Source of the DNA: Callorhinchus milii
Taxonomy: Eukaryota
Reading direction: 5' to 3'
NCBI RefSeq assembly: GCF_018977255.1
Contig: NW_024704743.1
Coordinates: 108,006,001-108,070,000, forward strand
DNA: 64,000 nucleotides
The notes under the pieces are model-generated. The model did no database searches, had not been told where the DNA came from, and saw only the letters and a program-made list of their open reading frames with translations. Made by a program: the position numbers and the translations under genes. Positions 39,361-52,900 of this stretch are shown here, piece after piece; within the stretch, counting starts at the first letter, position 1, and each line of letters opens with the position of its first letter.

Positions 39361-41982
39361 CAATGGTGGGGCAGGGTACATGAAGCAGGCCATTGCCCAC
39401 CAAGCGGAGGGAGGGGACAGGTTGGCATCATGTTAACATCCAATTTGGATAAAATTAATTCTTCTGACGATAATCTTCAACCATAACTTTTGTTTCTGAA
39501 TCACATCCATCAATCCAAATCTCTCTCTATTTACCCTAATAAACAATTGTAAAATAATTTATTAGATAGATATCCTTCTTCAGTCATTTTACAAAACAGG
39601 CAGCATAAAGTCGGTTTTTAACAGTCCCAAAAAGCATTGGTCAATTGCTTACAATAAATATAGGGATTCAGTGCAATGTTTAAGCCATTTTAAGGAAGAA
39701 GAATTAAATCATTTGGTATCTCCAGTTGAAATCACAAGAGTAAATTACTGACATTATTCTCAGGATGCCCAGTCAAAATCCTGCTCCCTCAACAAATATC
39801 AAATTGAAACACTACTACCCTTTTTAGAGATGTGTTTTGATTTCAGCTATTGTGTTTTGTTCAGACATAGACATTTTTTTCTCTTCAGTTGCTACCAGTC
39901 GCACATCCAGAACTGAGACCAAAAGAAAAGGCACAGGCCCAAACCATCAATGCAGTTGTAGAATTCAATCCTTGACAAAACATTTTCATCTCAAAGAAAG
40001 GGATCAATTAGACATACAGTACTTAACAAACAAGTATATGGTTAATCCCTAAAATCTTTAATCTTTAAAGCTAAATCCTAATTGTAGGTAAAACTGTTTT
40101 CATATACAGTGTCCTGACAACATGATGCTGAGGACTTTATTGTGAATACCATTTAATCACAACCATCAATACAACTAACTACCTGTTCACTTGACCTGAC
40201 AACTGGTTGAATTTCAGGAGGCCGCATGATTGGGATCTGAAAGCAATGCACGTTCAGCCTGAGGTACTTAGACCTTATGTATCCAGAGATTCATACAATC
40301 TGCCCTGTACAGTACATGATTTCCCAATGCAGTGGAGCCTTAAATTGGGAAGGCTGGAGTGAGTTTGAATGGTCCAGTCATCTGTTCAAGTCATCACCAT
40401 CTCCTGTATTTCATAGTACTCTCTATTGTTTTTACTTGTTCTGAAGTTCAGGCCAAACCACTATGAGTAGAAGTGGCAGATGTTTGCACATGGAGACCTA
40501 AAGCAGGAACATATCCACCATGCACGGAGAGCAAGGGAAAGGCAGGCTTCAATTTGCAGCAGTGAGGATTGGAGGGTAAGTGTAAAATGCACAGAAATGA
40601 CTCATGATACTGACAATATTGAACAATCAGCGAATCTATTCAAATATTTTCAGAGATTCTAGATAATATCTGCTCAGACATCACTGCAGCTTTTTTTAAT
40701 AAAAGAAACAAATTGAGAAATTGTTTTCCAGTAACCACCCCGACATATAAAGGCTGGTGTGTTTATTTTAAAACTTGCATCTAATTTACACTATTCACAC
40801 ATCAATGGGAAAACTGACCAGATTGGATGATGTTATATAGCATCGGAAACCAACGTTTTGTGAAGCCGATGTATAACAATTTGCATTTACATAGATAACA
40901 CTTTTCCTGTTATGCAGAGCCTTGCACTGGTGAGAATAAAGCAGGCCAGGGTTGGCAGAGCAGAGGGAGTAACCAGAAGTAACGGAATCATTGCATCCTA
41001 AGTGAGCAGCCAGGAAGTTTGATGGAATGAGAGCTAAATGCTGATACAAATCAAACACCCATGGGTTCAGTCTAGTTGATGTCCAGCTGCAGAAAATTAT
41101 GGTTTATCCAGATCTCTGGGATATTTGAAAGACAATGAGAATAGCTATAGTCCTTCAATCAAGAGGAGTGGCAGAGTTAGGCATTGTCAACATTCATATG
41201 TTGTACAGAGTTTAGAAAATAAATTCTAAGCTATATACTTTTTGTGTAGTTCTTTCTATTTCACCCCACCCCCAAGTTGTAAAGCAATGTTACATTTACA
41301 TTGGTGCCTTTGATGTTGAGAGGGCAGCTCAAAGTGCTTGGCAGGGCTGATTAAAAGATCTTTTTGCAAGCTGACAATATCCAGCAGGCTGGGACCAGTA
41401 CTGGACTAGCTATCATTACTAGAAATGAGTTTCCCAGCTGACATGCCACCAAATGCTGCAGTGACACTGCTGGGAGTGAAACCAGTCTGTTGGTGCATGA
41501 ATAGAATTCCAAAAGCGGGAGCTCCATTGAAGACCTTTGTCAAGAGTTAAAAATATATATATATATACACATATGTTTTAAAAACTGTGGTCACTTCTTC
41601 CACCTTTAAAAATATTTGCGTGAGACGATAAAAATGTTAATTTGATCACCCAAACGCGAGCTTCAAAAACAATCATCGATGGGCTCATCAACTGTAAAAG
41701 GCAACATTGCAGAACCTGACTATCACCTGGTAAAACACTAGATAGAATTTTTTTTATATATACCCCTTCCTATCCAAACAAGGACACCAAGACCAATTGT
41801 AACTCCAAACTGCTGGACAAGCTGATGATAGCTCACTCAGCACAGGTATCAAGTTGACCTTGTGGCCCCGTTTCCCCACAGCCCAGGAATGAATCAGCCC
41901 AAATCGTTCATCAGTAAAGCTTTTAAAGCGGCAAATCCATGAACAACTTACACATGGACATCTAGTCTGCAACAAGGAGGAC

Positions 41983-42444
41983 AAGAAAATCTAGTTTTTA
42001 TATGGTGGTGTTTCTGAGGTTGACAACACTTTATTTCTGAGGTTGACAACAGGACAAACATTGACAAATATGCTATAAATATATGTGCATTTATGTAAAT
42101 ATATATACACACACACAAATGCCCATGAAGACTGGACTATATACTAGTGTTACATATGTCTATTGAATGGAAGCGCGATAAAAAAAAATCACACCCTAGC
42201 AATGACAAATCGTCTCATACCAATGACAAACCATCTCAGAAACTGACAGGCCAATTGTACTGATATTAATGACTGAACTACAGGCGTTCTATTATTATTT
42301 CAGAGCTCAACACTGCTTTAGCCAGGAGGCAGATTATGAAGGCGTACCTCATTTTAAATAAAATTGTGCCAGTTCAGTGCGAAACCAACAGGAAATAGTG
42401 TTGTCAACTTCAGAAACACCACCATATAAAAACTAGATTTTCTT
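41983..42444. repeat. 48-bp inverted repeat (arms 41983-42030 and 42397-42444)
   Basis: aagaaaatctagtttttatatggtggtgtttctgaRgttgacaacact and its reverse complement, one mismatch. Confidence 0.9.
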
Positions 42445-42658
42445 CAAAATGAGACATCGACAAACTGGAATCTGATATATATATTAAAAAAACTATTTTT
42501 CCAAGACTACAATTCTATTTTTGCTTCTGTGAAAATGTAGGTGCCTGAAAATACATTGCATGCAAGGGATTTTAAAAACATATTAAGACTCAAAGTCATT
42601 GGAAGATAAGAACTAGTGCAGTGTATTCAGCTGCTTCAGAAAGAGTTAGAACTTTTAC

Positions 42659-42674
42659 CTGCATCATCTGCCAT
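42659..42674 (-). CDS. ASPH: ASPH alternative first exon 1a, junctin/junctate type (MADDA + phase-1 G)
   Basis: Strong Kozak context gtcaccATGG and a G|gtaaaa donor. Same size and phase as the recalled mammalian exon 1a (MAEDK). Confidence 0.85.
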
Positions 42675-42960
42675 GGTGACCTGTTGTCCCCACTTGCCAT
42701 GAAGTAGTAAGCAAACTCCTCACTTAGTTAAAGAGCAAAAGCAAATCACAATTTTCAACTCTTGCTATCCAAACTCCAGCCTATACAGATAGGACAGATG
42801 GGAGAAAACTGCACAGAGCTAACTCAGCTAGAACCCGATATGAAGCAAGTCGGCAGAATCTGCTCGCAGGCTATTTTTACACCAGCGATCAGCCAAACAG
42901 ATACAAGCACTCATATGGAAAAACTCCTCTTTGAATGACAAAACTATTTGGCTTTAAGGC
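42675..42960 (-). promoter_or_regulatory. Putative muscle-type P2 promoter and 5'UTR of exon 1a
   Basis: MEF2-like ctatttttac at 42871-42880 (9/10 to CTATTTTTAG) and E-box cagatg at 42795-42800, directly upstream of exon 1a. Confidence 0.55.
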
Positions 42961-43134
42961 AGGCCTGATGTGTGACACAAGCAAAGCCCAGCACACATAT
43001 CTTTCTCAGTACCTAGAGTAGACCTTAAAGGGAACAAAACATAAATGCACTCCTGGTCAGGTTTTGCCTCGCTGATCATGCTCTCAAAATGACCACACAC
43101 ATGAATCATTGACAGAAGCGAACAGTTACACACA

Positions 43135-45290
43135 ACAACAAAATTATATTTGTAAAGCGCCTTTCATGTCGGAGGATGTCCCAAGGCGCTGAACAGTCAG
43201 TGATCAGGACCTGAGCATGGGGGGCAGGGTTGGGATGAGGGAGGGCAAGAGGGTAGGAGGGTGGCTGAAGGCACAGTCAAAAAGGAGGGTCTTGAGTCGT
43301 TCGTTGAAGGAGCAAGGCGAATGGATTGTGGGATGGAGTTCCAAAGAGTGGGGGCAGAGAAGCTGAAAGCCCGGCTGCCGATGGTAAGGCGGGTCGGGCA
43401 GGAGACCTGGAGCAGGCTGGAACCCACTGAGCTGAGGGAGCGGACAGGTTGATAGGGGGTCAGCAGATCAGAGATCTGGGGGGGGGCGGGGAACAAGACT
43501 ATGGAGGGCCTTGAAAGTGAGGATGAGGATTTTGAATTCTATCCTCTGAGGGATGGGGAGCCAGTGGAGCCGGACGAAGGTGGGGGTGATAGGGGTCACG
43601 GAGCCTGGTGCAGGAGAAGACACGAGCTGCAGAGTACTTGTTGATCTGCAGTTTTAGGAGGGAAGAGTTGGGGAGGCCAACAAGAGAGGGAATTTCTGAG
43701 TTGAGCCTTAAGGTGATGAATGCGTGTATGAGGGTTTCAGTGGCCTGAGGGGTGAGGAGTGGCGGAGTCGGGCAATGTTGCAGAAGTGGGGGAAGGCAGA
43801 GTGGATCATGGTATGGAAATGGGGGAGAAAGGACAGTTGAGGGTCAAACAAGACGCCCAGGTTCCTAACTAGCTTGGTGAGGTGGAGTGCGCAGCCGTGG
43901 GTGCTGATGCTTCCAGTGCTTGAGATGCTGAGGCGCTGGGCAAGCCAACCGGGAGGGTCTCGGTCTTGCTGATATTCAGCTGTAGAATGTTGGCTTTCAT
44001 CCAGCATTTGATGTCTGACAGGCAGTCTGTCCGGATGTCAGTAATCAGTCAGTAATCCTGGGATCGAGGGTGGAGGCAGAGAGATAGAGTTGGGTGTCAT
44101 CCGCATACATATGGAAGTTGACCCTATGTCTGCGGATGATGTCACCAAGGGGGTGCATGTAGAGGTTGAAGAGGAGGGGACCCAGGACAGAGGCCTGAGG
44201 CACACCACACAAGACTACGGGGGCTGGAAGAGAAACAGAGAGGAGACAAATAGGAGATGGTGTGAGAGCTAAGACCTGAATCATTCAAGGACAGAACCTT
44301 GAAGGTTGAGGTGAGGTGGTAAAGGAGGATGGCGTGGTCCATCGAAGGCAGCAGAGAGGTCGAAGAGGCAGAGGGAGCCCTGGTCACAGATGGACAAAAT
44401 GTCATTTGTCACCTTCACCAGAGCAGTTTCCATGCTGTGAGTTTCCGATTGGAGGGGCTCGTGAAGGGAGTGGTAGGAAGAATGAGCGAAGCAACAACTC
44501 TTTCAAGGACCCTTGAAAGAAAAGAGAGGATGGAGATGGGCCAGTAGTTAGAAGGCAGGGATGGGTCCAGGGAAGGTCTTTTCAGGATCGGGGTGATTGT
44601 GGCTGTTTTTAGGGGATGGGAAAGGTGCCAGATGAAAGGGAGAGATTGATGGTGTTAGAGTAGAGGGGTGAGGAGGTGGAGCTGGGAGGTAAGGAGAGGG
44701 GTGGGGATGGGGTCAAAGGTGTGTTTCATGCTACATATGCTGATGATAAGAGAGGAGGGGGAGACAGGTTTGAAAATGTAATGGGAGTGATGGGTAGGGC
44801 TCGGAGTGCCCGTATGTCTCCCTTGAGGGAGCGGAGGTGCTGATGCACCAGTCGAGGTTCATGAGTAGGAGGCGGTTCGGTAAGTGAGGGGGCAAGGGCA
44901 TCAAGAGTGGTGGAGAAGGAGTTGAAGAGGAGAGTGAGCGAATCGGGCAAATCAGTGCGGAAGGTAGGCCAGAGCGGGAGAAGTTCAGATGACTCCAGTG
45001 AAGCGGAGAGGGATTCAGGGAGATTTTTTTCCAGGGACAATAGGAGATGGAGGTGGGTTTGGTGCCAGTGGGGAGAGGGATTGAGTAGTTAAAGAAGATG
45101 AAATGGTGATCGGAGATGGTTTTGTCTGTGATTGTGATATCTGAGACACTGGGGCCCTGGGTCGAGTGGGTGACCATGAACGTGGGTAGCAGAGTGGATG
45201 TGGAGGGAGAGGTTTTGAGAGAAGAAGTCTGAGGAGATAGAGCAGGAGGGGGTGAAGTGAAGGTTGAAGTCGCTGAGCAGACTGTATAGC
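43135..45290 (-). mobile_element. Longest L2 LINE remnant (endonuclease and RT fragments, 3' tail)
   Basis: APE-like SDFNLH, THVHGHPLD and ISDHH; RT motifs [13 protein letters not shown] and YADDTQLY. Confidence 0.9.
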
Positions 45291-45794
45291 GCTTCTTGTG
45301 TGTGTGCGCGTGCATGCACGAGTATACAATCTTTCCCCAGAATTCACTCAGTTTGCATTACCAGAAATGGTCGGCGAGCCTCAAACTATAAACGGACAGA
45401 ATCAAATCTTATCTACTTTTAGATAGCAACGGTATTCGGTACAACACAGCACAGTTGACGCTGATTTATTTAACACTAAAAATAAGATTCACATTGATAA
45501 TTAAGCTTATACAGTAGACATTAGCAGTAACTTCAATGAAGGCATGGAATAAATAACCTTTTTAGCAGCAATGGGGAGGGGTGGGGGTGCGGTATGGGTA
45601 GGATTCAGGTTAGAAAATAATTAGGCAATGTTCCCGAGTGGAAGAAATTAGACTTAGATATGGTGTTTGAAACAACTGAGGGTCAGAATGAATGACATGG
45701 CTTGCCCACCAGTTGGTTAATCCTAACCAAGCAGGACAGGGAGCTGATGAGATCAGAGACAGAGGTGCGAAGATACTGGCGAGAACCAAACAAG

Positions 45795-45925
45795 ATAGAA
45801 TCATACAGCACAGAAGGAGGCCATTCAGCCCATCGTGTCTGTGCCGGCTCTTTGAAGAGAGCTATCCAAATCAATCCCACTACCCCACTCTCCCCCCATA
45901 ACCCTGCAAACTTGTTCTCCCGAAA
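45795..45925 (-). mobile_element. CR1-type (HER1-like) LINE 3' end
   Basis: Reverse complement reads gggctgaatggcctccttctgtgctgtatgattcta, resembling a CR1-type 3' terminus of cartilaginous fishes (from memory). Confidence 0.55.
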
Positions 45926-46386
45926 TAATTATCTATTTGATAATACATAGTTTCAGACTGATAGTTTCAGTCTCGCTTCACATTAAACTGTGAAATGATC
46001 AGACTTGTTTCTGATGGCCACAAAGTAACACGACGGGATCACTCAACTTAATCAAAGTTATCAGAGTGATAATGGGAAAAGGGGGAAACGTCCTACAATG
46101 TGCACTTCAAAACCACTGTGCTGTGTGCTAAAAGGAACAAAGCTAATAATGGCATAAGCTGGACAGTGATAACTTAAAAAGTATGGCTATAATCGTGCCC
46201 TTCAGTTATCTCTTCCTGCACTCCTACATCACTATTTACAGAGCATACCATATCAGACCATTACTGTATCTTAAGGCGCTGCTCACAAGGCAGAATGCAT
46301 CAATCATGGGCTCTGGCCTTGCCGCCCCACCATTGGCAGGTGGGCCTTCATCGTGTAATTTTCTTTCCCAAAGAGCAGAACTATAG

Positions 46387-47395
46387 AACAACAACAACAA
46401 GATTCCATTTATAAAGCGCCTTTCACGTCAGGAGGACGTCCCAAGGCGCTGCACAGTTGGGTCAGGACCCGAGCAGGGGGGAAATGGTCAGGGTGAGGGG
46501 AGGGAAGGAGCGAGGAGGCGGAAGAGAGTCGAGAGGGGAGCTGAAGGCTCGGTCAAAGAGAAAGGTTTTGAGACCGGCCTTGAAGGAGGAGAGGGAGGAA
46601 GCAAGGCGAAGGCACTGGGGGATGGAGTTCCAGAGCCTCGGGGCTGAAGGCCCGACCACCGATGGTAGGGCGATTGGGGCGGGGGATGTGGAGCAGACCG
46701 GAGCCGGAGGAACGGGGCAGTTAGGTAGGGGGATAGTAGGTCAGAGAGGTAGGAGAGAGCGGGGCCGTGGATGGCCTTATAGGTGAGGATGAGGATCTTG
46801 AATTCGATCCTCTGGGGGATGGGGAGCCAGTGGAGGCGAGCGAGGGTGGGAGTGATGTGGTCGCGAAGCCTGGTGCGGGACAGTACACGAGCTGCAGAGT
46901 TCTGAATGACCTGCAGCTTGTGGAGGGAGGTGGCGGGAAGGCCGGCGAGGAGAGAGTTCCCATAGTCCAGCCTTGAGGTGACAAAGGCGTGGACCAGGGT
47001 TTCAGCAGCGTGAGGGGTGAGGTAATGCCGTAGTCTGGCGATGTTCCGGAGGTGATGGAAGGCGGTGCAGTTGTGGCGCGGATATGAGGGAGAAAGGACA
47101 GCTCAGGGTCGAACAGAACCCCGAGGTTTCTGACCGGCTTTGAGAGGTGGAGAGTGCAGCCTTGGATGCTGATGCTGTCAGCGCCTGAGGTGCGGAGGCG
47201 CTGACGTGAGCCAATCAGGAGGGCCTCGGTTTTTCGCACGTTGAGCTGAAGAAAGTTGTCTCTCGTCCAAGACTCAATGTCAGACAGGCAGGCTGTCAGG
47301 ACATCGGTGGTCGTGGAGTTGAGAGTAGAGGAGGAAAGGTAGAGTTGGGTGTCATCCGCATACATGTGGAAGTTAACTCCATGTCTGCGGATAAG
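46387..47395 (-). mobile_element. Young 5'-truncated L2 LINE
   Basis: MYADDTQLY...VRNLGVLFDPELSF ORF, CpG-rich, intact (TTG)n tail, closely similar to the copy at 63330-64000. Confidence 0.92.
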
Positions 47396-47639
47396 GTGAC
47401 AAAGAACTTAGAACTTTGTCACTTAGAAATAAGTAATGCAAGTGTTTTAAGAATATGCAGAATTTTGTAAATCATTGAATCAAGGCTTAATTTTGAAGCC
47501 AGTTTTCTGCAATTTCTTAAAAGAACTTACAGAAAGCCAAGTTCAAAATTAAGACTGAACTTAAGAACTTGCCGAAATTATAAAGCTCTGAAGTGCTAAG
47601 TAAATCTAGACCCAAGTGTTGTGAGGATGTACTGAGTAA

Positions 47640-48020
47640 AGGCTCAAGATCCTGGTCTTCACCTTCAAAGCCCTCCATGACATCGCTCCTCCCTACCTGT
47701 GATCTGCTGACCACCCCCCCCCCCCCACCAACCTGTCTGCTCCTTCTTCACGTCCCCCGCCTTGCTGCCCTACCATTGGCGGGTGGGCCTTCAGCCGCTC
47801 TGTCTCCATCCTCTGGAACTCTGCCCCCTCCCTTGCCTTCTTTAAGACCCGTCTCAAGACCCTCCACTTCAACTGTGCCTTCGGGCACCCTCTTACTCCT
47901 ACTCTCCCCGCCCTCCACCCCTCCTGAACCCAACCACTAGCTCGGGTGTAGATCCCTGACTGTGCCTTGGGAAGTCCTCCTAACATGAAAGGCGCTATAC
48001 ACATATAACTTGTTGTTGTA
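47640..48020 (+). mobile_element. L2 LINE 3' fragment
   Basis: Family 3' UTR ending in gaaaggcgctat...ttgttgttg. Confidence 0.8.
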
Positions 48021-48109
48021 AGTGATCATAAACCCATCGATCTCGATCATACGCCTTTCATGGCCAGATGCACATTCCTATTTTAGGTTTCACACTGCCA
48101 GCTACATTA

Positions 48110-49005
48110 TAACAACAACAACTTGCATTTATATGGTGCCTTTCACACTGAGTAGGATCTCGGAGCCTTTAACAGTGTCAGAGCGCAACACCAAGCTGGG
48201 GAGAGGTGACCATAGGTGGGTCAAAGAGGAGGGTCTTTCGTGTGATCTGAAAACAGGAAACGATGAGGCAAGGCAGAGGGATTGTGGCAGCGTGTTCCAT
48301 AGTTTTGGGGCACAGTGGCTGAAAGCATGGCCACCGACGATAAAGTAGAGGGATAAGGAACGTGCAGGAGGCCAGAGCCAGCTGAGTGAAGGCAGGGGAA
48401 TGGGTGGAAGCAGGTTTGAAAGGTAGGAAGGTGCCAGGGCACGAAGTGATTTATGGTCAAGTGTGAGGATCATGAAATCGATCCGTGCTGCATTCGGGAT
48501 CCAGTGAAACCTTGCAAGGATTGGGGTGATAGAGGTACGAAGTTTGATGCAGGCGAATTTTGAATTATTGGATTTCATGAATGGTGGAGCTCGGAGACCA
48601 GCGAGGAGAGCAATGTAATAATAGTTAGGAGAACATATTATTACATGGTTGATGTAATGCATGGTTAAGAGTGTCGGCTGCGTTGGTTGTGTGGTACGGT
48701 CTTAAGCGGACAAGGTGGAGGAAAGTGGCCCTGACGTGGGTGGGTAAAAAGGATAGCTGGGGATTAAACTTGATCCCTAGATTACGCACAGTTTAAGCAA
48801 ATCGAGGGACAGGGCAGACAAGTTAAGGAGGTCAGAGCCACAGGTGAGAAAACTTTGACAGGAGCCAAGGAGTCTGACTTCTGTCTTGTCAACATTCAGC
48901 TGCAGAATAATAGCGCTCAACCAGGTTTGATGTCTAACTAGCAAGAGGATAGAACATCAGCAGACCTGGGGTCGGTGCTACAGAAGTAAATTTGGGCGTC
49001 ATCCA
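48110..49005 (-). mobile_element. Older, diverged L2 LINE fragment
   Basis: ITPILARFHWIP...RIDFMIL and APKLWNTLP peptides typical of the L2 ORF2 C-terminus. Confidence 0.8.
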
Positions 49006-51169
49006 AACGTTAGTTTAAGCTAGTTTAACGATACATTCTCGTTCATGCAGGTTAGGTACAAAGTCTAATTAATCAGAAACCTCATTACTCATTGAATTTG
49101 TTATTGTGAAAAAAGCAATAGCTTTACACAATTAAAAGATTATCAACACAATAATAGTGCCGAGATCTGCAAATATAAATTAGCACTCATCACAATTCAC
49201 GGTGATGCAACAGAACAATCTTGTTAGAAATTCTAACTCTCCAACTGTGGAAAAGGTTCATCACCCCTGATCCTGCAAGCTGAAGGGATACAGGAAGGTG
49301 GGGGTCAAGGTAGAAAACACAAATACACAAAAAAAACACTGGTCACATGCAATCACACCAGGTCAACCATTACACTCAGAACCCAAAATATAAAGCAGTC
49401 ACGATAACAGAGTTCAACATGCTATTCACAGCAAAGTTTACCAGTGCCATAGTCTTCTCTATGGAAGCTCACAGTTCCAGCTGAACTTTTGCCAGGGTTT
49501 GATGCACAGGTTCTGTGCAAGATGGAAGAATCAAGAAATAAAGCAGTAAATGTTAACATTTGTTTACAGCATTACTCATTGTACAAAATTAATACAATGG
49601 ACATTCGTTCTTTTACATCATTTCATAGTTGTTCATGTGTAGGGGCTTTTTTGTTTGGTTAGCTGGGGGGCCAACACGTGTGGAAGGCCGCCCATCACCA
49701 TGCTTAAATGTATCCAAATCAGACAGCGTTCCATGTACGCTACCGAGACATGGAAATTTCCCTGCGCCTGAATAGAACATGCACTGTCTCCCTGGAGAGA
49801 CCCTGCTTGTCTATTTGCAGAGTATTAGGTGCAGGTTGGCAGGTGCCCCCGAGTGAGGATTGGGAGGTTTAACTGGAGTTTAACCAGCTAACAGCGTACA
49901 GTTTGCCACCGAACATACTGTCTGTCAAACTTTCCCCCGGTTGGTCCAGTTAGGATCACCCATTAGGGCGTTGGCTTGCAGGGTTAAGAGGAGCTGAGTG
50001 GGAAGAATCCCTGCCTTTGACAGGCCTTCACTTTGAGAGCTTCTAGCTGCCATCACTGATTAGTGAAAGTTGATTTGTCCCATACAACAAAGTCGCTCCA
50101 CCTAATAATCATCTCATTAGAACATGGTTCCTGCCTCTTCAGCACGATTTACTGATAATAATATTTGCATTTAATATTGCATTCAATATTATCACTTTGT
50201 CAAAATGCCTCACAGGATTTTACAGTAAAGTGCAGTAACGATTTGTAGGTGAACCATTATTCACAGTAATAATTTACTATATTCAAAAACTGAAAAAAGA
50301 ACAATATGCATTCTAGTGAATGACCACGTAGGTAGTCAACTATAGCATGTTCTAGTCAAATTGAGGGGATTAAGTCAATTTGCCCCTCCATTTGCCCCTC
50401 CCTTCCCAGCCCTCCCTCACTCTGCCATCTGGCCCTGCCTCTCCCAACCCTCAATGCAAACATTACCATGCTCAATAGTATCCAAACCAGACACATATAC
50501 ACATAGGAATGGCCCTGTGCGTCTGAAATTTAATCGCACTCTCTGCCTGGAGGGGTACACTCCGCTCACCTAGCAAATATTTATCAGTGTTAGCTAATCC
50601 TTAGAAACCACAGTGTGCATTAAAGTAATATTAGGAGTTATGCAGCTAAAAACTCACAGCTTACCAAGTTGAGCCATTGTTCTCCAGCCCGGCCCACTAT
50701 ACCCGTTACAGTTTAGCTTGCTGAGTTATCAGAAACTGAGTGTGTTGAATCGCTGACAAGTTTGTACCTCCAAGTCCTGCCAATGGACTATCTGGCTATT
50801 CTGTCAGCAGGAGTACTATGGACATGCCTGTCTCAGGAATCAGACTAGAGTGACTCCCACAAAGAAGTGACTCGATTCTAACATTCCATTGCCAAGCACG
50901 TCACCTTGGAGCAGTTTAGCCCCAAGGTCTTACTACCGCAAATTGTTTTTCCTGAATTCAAGATTTATTTCCATTTCAATTTAAAATAGTTGTGAAGGAT
51001 CTGCTTAACCTTCTCTATTTTTCCTGAAGTGGGTCTGAAAAAGGCATAAGAGTCAAGTTGTCCAAACATCATGATCAAAGAGAGATGAGAAAAAGGTTAA
51101 GTGGACACTTTATAAAATGAAGAGTTTGGATGACAAGGTTTTATTTAAGTGCCCAAACTACAGGAGAGC

Positions 51170-51452
51170 GAAACTTTAATGTAAGTTTCCTTACTCCCCA
51201 TGCCTCTGTTTACCTAGCAGTAAGTAGGAACCCGGTTGTTGGTCGACTGGCAGATCACTTTCCAGGGGGTAATAATCCCTCAAAAAGAGTTGGTCGCTCA
51301 ATGTTTGTGGGACACTGCTGTGCGCAATTAGGTGCTGCGTTTCATCCGCAAACTACACCGTCAATCCATTTTACAGTATATCCTGTGAAGCGCTTTGAGA
51401 AGTCTCAATGACATTGACAAGTCGTTATATCAAATGCAAGGATTATTATATT
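51170..51452 (+). mobile_element. tRNA-derived SINE, long variant, head missing
   Basis: Body and tail match the family. Confidence 0.85.
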
Positions 51453-52900
51453 ATAGAATACAGTAGGTAAGTAAAACAAATCAAACGTAAATCAAATACG
51501 TTACACAAATATGCAAGGTGTATGTTCTTCATAGTTAATGCATCTCTCCTTCCACCTATTCTCCCCACCCTTTCTTCTTAACTCAGTAGATCACATTGTC
51601 CTCCGCCCATGGTATGGTTTTGGAATGTACAGTGGACCTCATTATAAGATGTGATCAGGATCCATAGAACCTCCCCCCACTATAGCGAGGCACAAGGACC
51701 AATTACAATGGGGTTCCGATGCTGAAAATGGGCAGACTTTCAAGTCATCCAGTCGCCAACATAATTTCCTATCGGCTGCACATGGGCAAATCATGAAGCA
51801 ATGTTGGCAGCAAGCTTATGACACAGAGGTCAGCCTTTCTTAAAGCACAGGAAGCCAAAATGGCTACCTTCCAGGTTATCACTGACAAATCTTACTCTTA
51901 AGTCCCATGGAGGCTGATAAAATTAACAATGCCCCAGACCAAATGTAAATTTGTTCCCCTCGCTTCACTGACACACCACTGTGAATTTACTCAGTTTTGC
52001 TTCACCTCAACTGGAAATTTCACAATGGTGTCAATTCAATCCCTTTGCCTTCACTCTCCCCCCTTCCCCACCTCCCGGCCAACTAACTCATCACAAGCCT
52101 CAATTTGAATTTGCAACCCTCTGGACTGTGTAGTTTAGGTCACGACAGTACCTTCACACTGTCAGCATAATTCCAGTTTAACAAGTCAAGAGGTTTCACA
52201 TGTGGTTCGACCACTTGAATGTGATGCAAAATCTAACTTTGATGTAGCACACTAGGGGAATTGCCCTTTAAAAGAGCTACAATATACAGCCAGCATCTGT
52301 CACACGCAGAAAGCCTTCACCATATTTAGAGTATCCAAAATGAGTTCCATGCATTCCACCTATACACGGAAGGTTCACTCTCCTCCCAGGGACACATCCT
52401 GCTTACCTAATTGCAGAGTGTGTTAGGCACAGGCTGGCAAGAGGAAAGGTGTGATCACCCCAGAGTATACAGACAATAAACAGCTTAGGCACCTTCAACC
52501 AAAGCAATTGTTAGAACAATAACCCCTTTGCAATTTCCAATACCATAAATTTCAAAATTCGATGTACTGATTCATACATAGAGAAGTTACTGAGAAACTG
52601 TAACAAATTGATCGAAGTGAAGTGGAGAACCTAGTGTGAAGGCCAACAATAAATCACGTTGAGCAGCCCTTGTCCATCACGAAAACTGAGTGCTTTCATT
52701 AAAATCGTACATCTCCTTCACTTGCAGAGTATTTATGGTAAGGATAAAACAAAAGAAGCCAACAAGCATGTTGCTACATTCACATCAGGACATGCAGCCC
52801 CTGAAGCAAAGTTGAAAACTAGTTGTGTTGCAATTCCACCCAGTTCTCATATTTAAGAGTACAGAATTTTTTTTCATTATTTTATTGATATAAAACTGAT

